NCBI GenBank assembly: GCA_038883655.1
Contig: JAVZLQ010000003.1
Coordinates: 227,735 to 291,734 of the forward strand
Reading direction: 5' to 3'
DNA length: 64,000 nucleotides
From: Candidatus Bathyarchaeia archaeon
GTDB lineage: Archaea > Thermoproteota > Bathyarchaeia > Bathyarchaeales > Bathycorpusculaceae
Shown here: in pieces, positions 20,936-29,444 of the stretch
Layout of the letters: each line of letters starts with the position of its first letter
Position numbering within the stretch: position 1 is the first letter of the stretch
Notes under the pieces: generated by a model
Databases searched by the model: none
What the model was told of the DNA's origin: nothing
The model's input: only the letters and a program-made list of their open reading frames with translations
Translations under genes and position numbers: made by a program

Positions 20936-21684
20936 AGCCTAAAGCGCCTTATACCCTCAATAATCTCTGAAACTTTATGCCTAAGGTCAGACTTCTCAAC
21001 GATGTTGCCAGTAACTATAACATCGGCGCCAGCAGATGCCGCCTTCAAAGCTTGCTCTCTTGACCTTATGCCACCACCAACTATAAGCGGAACATCAACA
21101 CATTTTTTAACAACCCTTATCATTTCGGGAGGGACGGGTTTTTTCGCGCCAGACCCAGCTTCCAAGTAAACAAAGCGCATACCCAAATATTGCCCCGCCA
21201 AGGCATGTGCGGCAGCAACCTCTGGCTTGTCGTACGGAACCGGAATCGCCTTACCAACTATGCCGGCAGTCCCACCCTCCCCAACTATTATATAGCCCAT
21301 AGGTATAGGCTCCAAGCGATACTTCTTAACTAGGGGTGCCCCTAAAATTTGAGCACCAATAATAAAGTAGGGATCTGTCGAGTTCAAAAGCGACATAAAC
21401 CATATGGCGTCTGCATGACGGCTTATCCCATTCACGTTGCCAGGGAACAAAATTACTGGTACATCAACGGCGCGCTTAATAGCCTTTAAAACGCTGTCAA
21501 GGTGGTTGCCGGATGATAGTGTTGACCCACCGACCATTATTCCTGAGGTCCCGCTAAGCTTGGCTTTGTAGGCAGCCCTAGCTGCTTGTGGCGCTGTTAC
21601 TTTTTCGGGATCTATAAGCGTTAGATGAATCGCCCCTTCCGACGCTATTTTTTCGAGCAAATATTTCTCAATGGGTCCCACCAT
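20932..21684 (-). CDS. Geranylgeranylglyceryl phosphate synthase (group II)
   Basis: LIDPEK, MVGGS, YLEAGSG and VGGGIR motifs. Confidence 0.95.
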   Translation of the reverse strand: MVGPIEKYLLEKIASEGAIHLTLIDPEKVTAPQAARAAYKAKLSGTSGIMVGGSTLSSGNHLDSVLKAIKRAVDVPVILFPGNVNGISRHADAIWFMSLLNSTDPYFIIGAQILGAPLVKKYRLEPIPMGYIIVGEGGTAGIVGKAIPVPYDKPEVAAAHALAGQYLGMRFVYLEAGSGAKKPVPPEMIRVVKKCVDVPLIVGGGIRSREQALKAASAGADVIVTGNIVEKSDLRHKVSEIIEGIRRFRL

Positions 21685-21708
21685 AAAATCGCCTCGTCAT
21701 GTTGATTC

Positions 21709-21957
21709 TTATGCTGCCGTGCTTCGGACGCCAGAGTATATTTTGTCGGTGAACATGCAGTAGACGTCCACTTCCGCTTGTGCAGGTTTTACTTGGAACT
21801 CTTCTTTTAAGCCGCAATTGCTGCAGCCTACCACAGCGCGACTCTCTTCACGTAATATTTCTACTCTAACAGTTTCCTTTCCGCATCTAGGACAAGAGAA
21901 GAACTTGGGCAAGCGCTTCTTAGGAATACGGACAACCTTTCTTCTTCTACGCCCCAT
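21709..21957 (-). CDS. elf1: Transcription elongation factor Elf1
   Basis: MGRRRRK..FSCPRCG..CSNCG..VDVY. Confidence 0.93.
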   Translation of the reverse strand: MGRRRRKVVRIPKKRLPKFFSCPRCGKETVRVEILREESRAVVGCSNCGLKEEFQVKPAQAEVDVYCMFTDKIYSGVRSTAA

Positions 21958-22057
21958 CTCAACTTCCTTCTATGCCTAAGATTTTACGGCACTCTACTAT
22001 TTTATGTTTGTCCTTAAATACTTGCCCGCAACCATAAAGCATTGAGGTGCACACAAG

Positions 22058-22900
22058 TTGAAGTTAACTTTGGACATTCTTGAATTGGATTGGAGCGAAG
22101 TTGAAACAAAAATAAAACGTTTCATAAGAGATTACGTGGAAAAATCGGGGGCAAAGGGCATAGTTTTGGGGTTGTCAGGCGGCATTGACAGTTGTACGGT
22201 AGCAGCATTATCTGCCTTGGCAATAGGTGGAAAAAATGTTTTGGGACTTATGTTACCAGAAAAAGAAACATACAATGTCAAAGATGTCGAGCACGCTGAG
22301 GCAGTTGCTAGGGAGTTTGGCTTAAAAACGGAGAAAATCGACATTACACCAACTTTAAAAACTTTTTACAGCTCAATACCAAACTTTGACCCTAAAGATA
22401 ACCTCTGTAAGGGTAACATAAAGGCACGCGCCAGAATGGTTTACATTTACTATTACGCAAACAAGTTTAACATGATTGTCTGCGGAAGTTCAGACAAGTC
22501 GGAAACAATGATAGGCTACTTCACCAAGTGGGGAGACGTAGCAGCAGATATATCGCCAATCATGGACTTATACAAGACGCAAGTTCGGAAACTTGCACGC
22601 CACATAGGAGTCCCAGAAGAAATAGTGGCAAAGCCTCCATCGCCAGGTCTCTGGCCGGGACAGTTTGCTGAAGAGGAGTTGGGAGTAAAATATGAAATTT
22701 TGGATTTGATCCTTTACGGCTTGGAGCATTTCATGGAAACTAAGGATATAGCGAATCAGCTGGGTTTAAAGGAGGATTTTGTGGAAAGAGTTAAACGTAG
22801 GTGGCTTGTTACTGAACATAAAAGACGGATGCCGTTGACAACAAAAATTGAATATAGGACTGTTAACGCAGATTTTAGACTCCCAAGAGATCTCTGTTAA
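22058..22900 (+). CDS. nadE: NAD+ synthetase (synthetase domain only)
   Basis: LSGGIDS, NIKARARM, GYFTKWGD and KPPSPGLW motifs. Confidence 0.96.
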   Translation: MKLTLDILELDWSEVETKIKRFIRDYVEKSGAKGIVLGLSGGIDSCTVAALSALAIGGKNVLGLMLPEKETYNVKDVEHAEAVAREFGLKTEKIDITPTLKTFYSSIPNFDPKDNLCKGNIKARARMVYIYYYANKFNMIVCGSSDKSETMIGYFTKWGDVAADISPIMDLYKTQVRKLARHIGVPEEIVAKPPSPGLWPGQFAEEELGVKYEILDLILYGLEHFMETKDIANQLGLKEDFVERVKRRWLVTEHKRRMPLTTKIEYRTVNADFRLPRDLC

Positions 22901-22902
22901 AT

Positions 22903-23751
22903 TTGGAGATGAGAAGTGTGAAAGAAAATTTCAAAGTTGCACTTGCCCAAATAAACTGCTATCGTGCAGATAAAGAGAAAAACATGAGAAAAATGGAAAA
23001 GGTAATAACAAAAGTTGCAAAAGAGAAAGTAGACCTCATAATTTTTCCAGAGCTTTCGCTAACTGGCTACGTGGTTCGAGATGAAATATACAACTTAGCG
23101 GAGACAATACCCGGACCATCAACAGAGGCCATGGGAAAAATAGCAAAAAAGACGGGGATATACGTGGTCTTCGGCATGCCAGAGCTAAGTGAAAAAGCGA
23201 AGGCAACCATTTACAATTCAGCAGTGCTTGTAGGTCCGGAAGGATTTGTTGGCAAATATCGCAAGATGCATCTTCCAACCCACAGCGTATTTGAGGAAAA
23301 AAGATATTTCAGGCCAGGCTATGAGGCTGTAGCGCTTGCCACAAAACTTGGGAAAATTGGGCTAATAATTTGCTATGACATTTTCTTTCCAGAATTATGT
23401 AGACTTGCACGCCTCAAGGGTGCACAGCTCATAGTTTGCATTTCAGCTTCACCAGCGGTTAGGAAAGCCTTTTTTGAAACGTTGACAGTTGCCAGAGCGA
23501 TGGAAAACGCTGTGTTTTTAGCATATGTAAATCTGGTCGGCATAGAAGATGGACTGCAATTTTGGGGAGGAAGTAGACTCGTTGGACCACATGGGAAAGT
23601 GCTCATCCAAGCAAGGTATGACGAAGAAGACCTTGTGATATGTGATGTCAATTACAGTGATATCAAGCCAGTGGAAGTGTTTGTGCCAACGCTCAAAGAT
23701 TTACGCCCAGAACTTTTTGGTGAACTGATGGAAAGCGCTAAGCGCTTGTAA
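22903..23751 (+). CDS. Nitrilase-family C-N hydrolase
   Basis: E-K-C triad: FPELSLTGY, YRKMHLP, ICYD. Confidence 0.93.
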   Translation: MEMRSVKENFKVALAQINCYRADKEKNMRKMEKVITKVAKEKVDLIIFPELSLTGYVVRDEIYNLAETIPGPSTEAMGKIAKKTGIYVVFGMPELSEKAKATIYNSAVLVGPEGFVGKYRKMHLPTHSVFEEKRYFRPGYEAVALATKLGKIGLIICYDIFFPELCRLARLKGAQLIVCISASPAVRKAFFETLTVARAMENAVFLAYVNLVGIEDGLQFWGGSRLVGPHGKVLIQARYDEEDLVICDVNYSDIKPVEVFVPTLKDLRPELFGELMESAKRL

Positions 23752-23754
23752 CTG

Positions 23755-24936
23755 TCATGCTCGTTTAATCTTTCTAATCGCGTTCTCGATTCTGTCCATA
23801 GCCTCATCTAATTGCTCATACGCAGCAGCGTATGAAATTCTTATATATCCCTCGCCGTAGCGTCCAAAAGAAGATCCTGGAACAGTTAGTACACGCGCTT
23901 GTCTTGCAAGATATTCCGCAAACTGTTCTGAAGACATATCAAAACTTTTGATGCTGGGGAAAACGTAAAAGGCGCCTCTTGGGAGTGCACAACTAAATCC
24001 CTCCATCTCATTAAGCCTTCGATAAACCATTTGTCTTCTCCTGTCAAATTCCTTCACCATGTCTCTTACAAAATCTTGCGGTCCTTCCAGCGCAGCTAAC
24101 GCGACATACTGAGCTATACTATTGATACATGCAATTGTATGCTGGTGTATAAGCCACAATGGTAAAATGAGTTCTTTAGGGCCGTATACGAAACCAATCC
24201 GCAGTCCTGTCATCGCATAAGTCTTGGAAAAAGAGTTAACAACTAACGTGCGTTCACGCATTCCAGGGAAAGTCGCAAGGCAATAATGTTTAGTTCCATC
24301 ATAGAGTATTTTTTCATAAACCTCGTCAGAAATCACAATGAGGTCACGCTCAACGGCAATCTTCGCCAACTTCGCTGCATCGTCAAAGGAAAGAGTTGCC
24401 CCTGTAGGGTTGTTAGGATAGTTCAAAATGATCACACGTGACCTATCAGTGATAAGCGACATCACATCATCAGCAGACGGTTTGAATCCATTTTCCTCCA
24501 ATAAAGGAATAGAAACCGGAACGCCATCAACTAAACGAACGCAAGGCTCGTAACACACAAAACCTGGATCTGGAATTAAAACCTCATCGCCTGGATTTAC
24601 AAAACCGAAAAGCGCCAGAAAGATAGCCTCAATCCCGCCCGAAGTTATTAATATTTCTGAGTTGGGGTCATAGTTAAGCCCATATTCACGAAAGGCCTTT
24701 TTGGCTAATGCCTCACGCAACTCTGGAATACCGTTGGTGGGAGTGTAATGTGTTTTTCCCTCTTTTGCAGCCTTCAAACCCATTTCTATCGCATGTTGCG
24801 GAGGAGAAAAATCTGGTTCTCCTAAGCTAAGATTGATAGCATCTGGCATTTCTTGGGTTAAAGCGAAAAATCGGCGAATTCCAGACGGCTTTACGTTTTT
24901 TAGGCGCTTTGCGGGCTTAGATCGAAAAGTCAACAA
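23755..24936 (-). CDS. Class I/II PLP aminotransferase (AspC-like)
   Basis: NYPNNPTG, SDEVY and SFSKTYAMTGLRIG motifs. Confidence 0.94.
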   Translation of the reverse strand: MLTFRSKPAKRLKNVKPSGIRRFFALTQEMPDAINLSLGEPDFSPPQHAIEMGLKAAKEGKTHYTPTNGIPELREALAKKAFREYGLNYDPNSEILITSGGIEAIFLALFGFVNPGDEVLIPDPGFVCYEPCVRLVDGVPVSIPLLEENGFKPSADDVMSLITDRSRVIILNYPNNPTGATLSFDDAAKLAKIAVERDLIVISDEVYEKILYDGTKHYCLATFPGMRERTLVVNSFSKTYAMTGLRIGFVYGPKELILPLWLIHQHTIACINSIAQYVALAALEGPQDFVRDMVKEFDRRRQMVYRRLNEMEGFSCALPRGAFYVFPSIKSFDMSSEQFAEYLARQARVLTVPGSSFGRYGEGYIRISYAAAYEQLDEAMDRIENAIRKIKRA

Positions 24937-25075
24937 TCCCCCTCAATATGCACTGGTTCTTAGAGGATAAAATATTTGCGTTGCAAAGTTTACAAAACCT
25001 ATGTTTCAAGCAAGGTTTAAAACGAACCTTGTATACAAATCTGTATTCATACAAGAGGGCAGTGGTTGAAAGAGT

Positions 25076-25543
25076 TTGAAACTAAAAGAGAACGTTCACT
25101 TATGGTTAGTGCGCTCTTTAAGTGACCCCATAGTCGAAATACTCTACAAAAATAGCCATTTAACGAAAACGCAGCTTGAAACGTTACTTATAGACATTTT
25201 AGCTGAAAATATATCTGGAAAAATCTTAAATTACGATGAAAAAGCCAGATTAAGGTTAACAAAGGCAAAAATAAGCCGAGGGGCATTTAATAGGACTTTA
25301 AAACAAGCCAAAGGAAACGTCATAAGATCCATATACACCATACTACTGTTAGGATACTTAGGCGTGTTTGAAAGCACAACTCTTGACCCCTACATCGAAA
25401 TAGCAAACAGATTAAAAGAATATGTAGAGGCACATAAAAACATGGCAAACACGAACGAAAGACTGAAGATCCTAAAAATTATTAGAGAAGAACTTGAAAC
25501 AAGTTTAAAAAAGCTATCAAATACCTCGCCAAGTGAAATGTGA
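25076..25543 (+). CDS. Uncharacterised HTH-like protein
   Basis: LTKTQLE..ISRGAFNRTLKQAK looks like a recognition helix. Confidence 0.7.
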   Translation: MKLKENVHLWLVRSLSDPIVEILYKNSHLTKTQLETLLIDILAENISGKILNYDEKARLRLTKAKISRGAFNRTLKQAKGNVIRSIYTILLLGYLGVFESTTLDPYIEIANRLKEYVEAHKNMANTNERLKILKIIREELETSLKKLSNTSPSEM

Positions 25544-25771
25544 CATCACAAGTCACGTGGAATTCCTACAAGCTCTTTCTTCCGAACTCTTCGACGGCGA
25601 AAATTGACCTTAAATTAGAAAAAGATTCAAAAGTAGGCTTTATCGCAAACTCTATGGAATAGCAGTTATTTGCACGCTTTTGTGATGTGTGATGTCATGA
25701 TGGGACCATGTTACGGTAAAGGTAAGCATAATCTTTAAATCCTTTGTATGCAAACTGTGATGTGTGATGTC
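25533..25771. repeat. Cluster of (T/C)GTGAnnTGTGATGTC repeats
   Basis: 25541-25557 (minus, CGTGACTTGTGATGTCA); 25681-25696 and 25756-25771 (identical TGTGATGTGTGATGTC). Confidence 0.85.
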
Positions 25772-25800
25772 TATGGATAAATCACAAATGAATCATGTAG

Positions 25801-26529
25801 GTGTTTGATTTGGAAGCTTGGGTGTTTGCTTTAATCTTAGCAGCTTTAACGGTCATCGTTTGTTATGTTTATTATAGGCAGCTTCAAAAGGTACGCAATG
25901 AATATGAAAGCGCAAAAGCTGTTGTTAGCGATATAGTTTTAAGTTTTAATAGGCAGCTGAAGCAGGAATCGGAAAGGATGAATTTAATTGCATATAAAGT
26001 TGATGCTGCAGCCTCGAAGGGTGACAGCGCAAAGAAGGCCGTTGAAGATGTTTGTAAGAAAATTGAATCTTTAGGGACTAGAGTTGGCACGTTAATAAGC
26101 GAAAAAGAAGTTGTAACAAGAAGAATGGATGAAATAGCTAAAGCATTGCAAGAAAATATAAACATGCAAAGGAATTTAGCTGCGCGTCTTGCTATAGTTG
26201 AGGAGCACGTAAAGCATTCCACGGTTGTTTCAGATGCCAAAATTGAAGCGGTAATCCCCATAAGAAGGGAAAAGGCATTATCTCCACTTACTGAAACTGA
26301 GGTATCGGTTTTGGACATGTTAGCGTCTGAGGGCCCGAAAACAGCACCTGAAATAAAGGAGAGAATTAAGCTTAGTAGAGAGCATACTGCACGTTTAATG
26401 AAGAAACTCTACGAGGAAGGTTATTTGGATAGGGATACAAGTAGAATTCCATTTAGGTATAGCGTAAAAGAAGAGATGCGAAGGCTGCTGAAGCGGACGG
26501 AAAACGAGCAAGCCCAGCCGCAATCATAA
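25801..26529 (+). CDS. Membrane-anchored coiled-coil protein with C-terminal winged helix
   Basis: N-terminal TM (WVFALILAALTVIVCYVYY), heptad-like middle, then LTETEVSVLDML..SREHTARLMKKLYEEGYLDR..PFRYSV. Confidence 0.85.
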   Translation: MFDLEAWVFALILAALTVIVCYVYYRQLQKVRNEYESAKAVVSDIVLSFNRQLKQESERMNLIAYKVDAAASKGDSAKKAVEDVCKKIESLGTRVGTLISEKEVVTRRMDEIAKALQENINMQRNLAARLAIVEEHVKHSTVVSDAKIEAVIPIRREKALSPLTETEVSVLDMLASEGPKTAPEIKERIKLSREHTARLMKKLYEEGYLDRDTSRIPFRYSVKEEMRRLLKRTENEQAQPQS

Positions 26530-26531
26530 AT

Positions 26532-26960
26532 TTAAGGTGTTTGCCTTTCAATTATTGCCTTTGGATAGCTAGTTGTTAACTTGTACTTTAGGGTTCTTGA
26601 AGCCCCAGTCCTTAAGAGCAAGCCCTTACTCGACATTCTCGAAAGGTAAGTGGCCACCGTGCTAAGTCCTATAGGTTCCTTAAATTCTTGCTCGTAAGCC
26701 AGTTGAACATCATGTGATGTAAACCACACTAATGGAAAGTGCTTCTGGACAACAATACGTACTTTATCGTATTTAGAAAATTCATTTTCCAAAACTTCCT
26801 TGTTTGATTCGTTGGCTCTGCCGGCTGGCACACCGCCCAAGAGTTCCACGAGATCTAAGAGACGAAGAGCGTTTTCCCTAGTAATTTGACCTTCAAACGC
26901 TATTGTGTAGCGGTTACCGTCTTCATCGAAGAGTTCGACTCGTATCTTTCGGGCGGGCAT
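26532..26960 (-). CDS. Uncharacterised protein with C-terminal winged helix
   Basis: FTSHDVQLAYEQEF..LSTVATYLSRMSSKGLLLR..YKL. Confidence 0.8.
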   Translation of the reverse strand: MPARKIRVELFDEDGNRYTIAFEGQITRENALRLLDLVELLGGVPAGRANESNKEVLENEFSKYDKVRIVVQKHFPLVWFTSHDVQLAYEQEFKEPIGLSTVATYLSRMSSKGLLLRTGASRTLKYKLTTSYPKAIIERQTP

Positions 26961-27158
26961 TAATGTCGTACACCCAAGTGTATTCACAACTTTGCAGTTA
27001 ACAAGTTATAGGTATTATGGTGAAAAAGTTGCGCAGAAAAAAGCGCAAATATTATTTAAAAACTGGAAAAGAGGAAGAAATTCAATTTTTCAATGATTAC
27101 AAGGTTCACAATCGCTTAATTTTTTCGCTTCTAATAGAAAAAGAATAGAACATAATTC

Positions 27159-27178
27159 TCCAGTAGAAAGGCAGGGGT
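27159..27178 (+). promoter_or_regulatory. Origin recognition box ORB1
   Basis: TCCAGTAGAAAGGCAGGGGT fits TCCAnTGGAAA plus G-string. Confidence 0.9.
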
Positions 27179-27376
27179 GCCATGTTCACAATAAAGACGC
27201 ATGAAAAAGGCAATTTTTTTTACAATAAACGAAAAAAGAAGCATTTTCTCTTAAATTTCACACGAGCATCACAATTTGTGAAAATTTTAATTAAGTTAAA
27301 GTTACATAAAAATTTGAGAGAATAATAAAGTAAGGGTAAGAAAGGGCGTTATAATTGATTGAATTTTGTCTGGCGC

Positions 27377-27397
27377 ACCCCTGTATTTCCATTGGAA
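27377..27397 (-). promoter_or_regulatory. Origin recognition box ORB2
   Basis: Minus strand TTCCAATGGAAATACAGGGGT. Confidence 0.92.
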
Positions 27398-27549
27398 AAT
27401 GTGGTTTGGTGTTGGATATTTTAGCAAAAGCAAATTACTGGTAAATATAATTTTTTTAACTATAACTTTTATAATTGCACTGTCATCCTTTACCTTCCAG
27501 AGTATATTTCTTGTTAGCAAGAAATCAGCATTAATCCGTAGAATAAAAA

Positions 27550-27571
27550 GTTCCAGAGGAAATTATGGGGT
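27550..27571 (+). promoter_or_regulatory. Origin recognition box ORB3
   Basis: GTTCCAGAGGAAATTATGGGGT. Confidence 0.92.
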
Positions 27572-27679
27572 GTGACTTGAAAGTTTGTTAAACTTTGAAT
27601 TTAGTTTTCTGTAGTGAGATACTTATTACTCCAGAGGGAGAGTAGGCATATCCTTTGAAATTTCGGAGGAGGCTTCGTA

Positions 27680-28930
27680 ATGAGCGACACAAAAATCCTT
27701 GATGAGTTATTCTCGAACTTCATTGGAAATGCAAAAATATTCAGGGATAGGAGCGTGTTGCGACATGATTACTTGCCAAATAAGTTGCCGCATCGTGAGG
27801 AACAAATTAGGCTACTTGGTGAAAAAGTGGCTCCCGCTTTAAAAAAGGAGCGATGTTCAAACGTTTTCATTTATGGTAAAACGGGGACAGGGAAAACTGC
27901 CGTTGCGAAATATGTGTTAAGCCACCTCGAAATTAAGGCGAAAGAGTACGGTGCACCTGTAAAGTTCTGCTATGTAAATTGTCGAATGGCTGGTTCTGGG
28001 TACCGCGTTTTTGCAAATCTATGCCACAGCATTGGGACGTACGTGCCCTTCACGGGGTTATCTGTTGGCGAGGTCTTTGATAGATTTCGAGCGGCGCTGG
28101 ATATGTTGCAGTTGATATTTATAGTGGTTTTGGATGAAATAGACGCTTTGATAAAGACGCGTGGGGACGGCCTCCTATACGAACTAACTAGGATAAATGA
28201 AACTTTGCATCAAAGTAAGTTGTCTTTAATTGGTATCTCAAACGACCTGCGGCTTAAGGAATTTTTTGATCCGCGTGTTTTTAGTTCGCTCAGTGAAGAA
28301 GAAATTGTTTTTAGGCCCTATGACGCGAGTGAACTTAAAAATATTCTGCTTGAACGTGCTAAGCTGGCTTTTAATGAAAATGCCTTGTCTGAATCCGCGT
28401 TGAGCTTGTGTGCTGCGTTGGCGGCCGCTGAACATGGCGACGCCAGGCGAGCGTTGGATTTACTTCGGGTTTCAGGCGAAGTTGCTGAGCGTGTTGGGGC
28501 TTCTGTTGTTACAGAAGAACATGTGCGAGAGGCTGAAAAGCATATAGAGCATAACCGCGTTGTTGAGGCGCTGAAAGACTTGACTTTGCATTCAAAACTT
28601 GTGATTTTAAGTGTGTACCATTTGGATAGGGCGGGTGTTAGTAGCACCATCACAGGCGAAATTTATGAGGTGTACGGGGAGTTATGTGGAGAATTGGGTG
28701 TTGCACCTTTAACGCAGAGGCGATTGGGAACGCTTGTGAACGAACTTGACGCCATGGGAATGCTTAATGCAAAAGTTATAAGCATGGGGCGTTATGGCCG
28801 CACAAAAAAGATTAGGCTGGAGATAGCCCGTAGTCTTATTAGGGACGTGTTTGGTAATGACATTAGGCTTGGGCGTTTGATTGATTATGCGCCGAAATGC
28901 CTTTCGAAGAATTCCCGTGGTAGGAGTTGA
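27680..28930 (+). CDS. cdc6: Orc1/Cdc6 replication initiator
   Basis: Walker A GKTGTGKT, Walker B LDEID, GDARRALDLL, wing GRYGRT. Confidence 0.98.
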   Translation: MSDTKILDELFSNFIGNAKIFRDRSVLRHDYLPNKLPHREEQIRLLGEKVAPALKKERCSNVFIYGKTGTGKTAVAKYVLSHLEIKAKEYGAPVKFCYVNCRMAGSGYRVFANLCHSIGTYVPFTGLSVGEVFDRFRAALDMLQLIFIVVLDEIDALIKTRGDGLLYELTRINETLHQSKLSLIGISNDLRLKEFFDPRVFSSLSEEEIVFRPYDASELKNILLERAKLAFNENALSESALSLCAALAAAEHGDARRALDLLRVSGEVAERVGASVVTEEHVREAEKHIEHNRVVEALKDLTLHSKLVILSVYHLDRAGVSSTITGEIYEVYGELCGELGVAPLTQRRLGTLVNELDAMGMLNAKVISMGRYGRTKKIRLEIARSLIRDVFGNDIRLGRLIDYAPKCLSKNSRGRS

Positions 28931-29444
28931 AGATGGAAGTTTCAAAAAAGGCATTACTAGAAAAGCCAAGCTTGTAGCCGTACTATTTCTAGAAACAAAA
29001 ATTGAGGATTTACGGGTTACTACCATCACTGTCGATGGAATGGACGCAACTGAGGCACTATTAAAGATGATTGAAGAGTGGAGTTTTGGAGCAGTTCTCC
29101 TTTCCGGAGTTTCTTTTGCTGGCTTTAACATTATAGACCCAACCGTGATATGTGAAAAGTATGGGAAACCAGTGGTAGTGGTATCTAGAACGATGCCAGA
29201 TAATATGGCTGTTAAACGTGCGCTTAGAAGGCATTTTAAAGACTGGAAAATGCGATGGGGCATATTTGAAAAGTTGGGTAATGTTTATGAAGTAAAAGTG
29301 ATTGAGGACGCCGCACCAGTTTACGTAGAAGTTATAGGCGAAACTTTCACTTGGGCGTGTACCCTTATACGGTCTTTTTCCTTTTGCGGGCGGATACCTG
29401 AACCGTTGCGTGTTGCAAGGCTTATTGCTAAGGGAGTTTCCTAG
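28881..29444 (+). CDS. DUF99 (endonuclease V-like) protein
   Basis: GVEDG, VDGMDAT, GFNIID and IPEPLRVA motifs. Confidence 0.9.
   Translation: MIMRRNAFRRIPVVGVEDGSFKKGITRKAKLVAVLFLETKIEDLRVTTITVDGMDATEALLKMIEEWSFGAVLLSGVSFAGFNIIDPTVICEKYGKPVVVVSRTMPDNMAVKRALRRHFKDWKMRWGIFEKLGNVYEVKVIEDAAPVYVEVIGETFTWACTLIRSFSFCGRIPEPLRVARLIAKGVS

Larger units (their letters stand above)
26980..27679. other. Replication origin oriC
   Basis: Long AT-rich intergenic region upstream of orc1/cdc6; three ORBs, two of them inverted around an AT-rich DUE (about 27200-27360). Confidence 0.92.

Noticed and set aside
25533-25771. TGTGATGTG repeats as a CRISPR array
   Set aside because: Repeats are only 16-17 nt, irregularly spaced and on both strands, with no cas genes nearby. 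No CRISPR array was seen anywhere in the window.
27302-27575. Two short ORFs (27302-27520 minus, 27366-27575 plus)
   Set aside because: They overlap the ORBs and the AT-rich DUE and show no protein motifs; treated as spurious.
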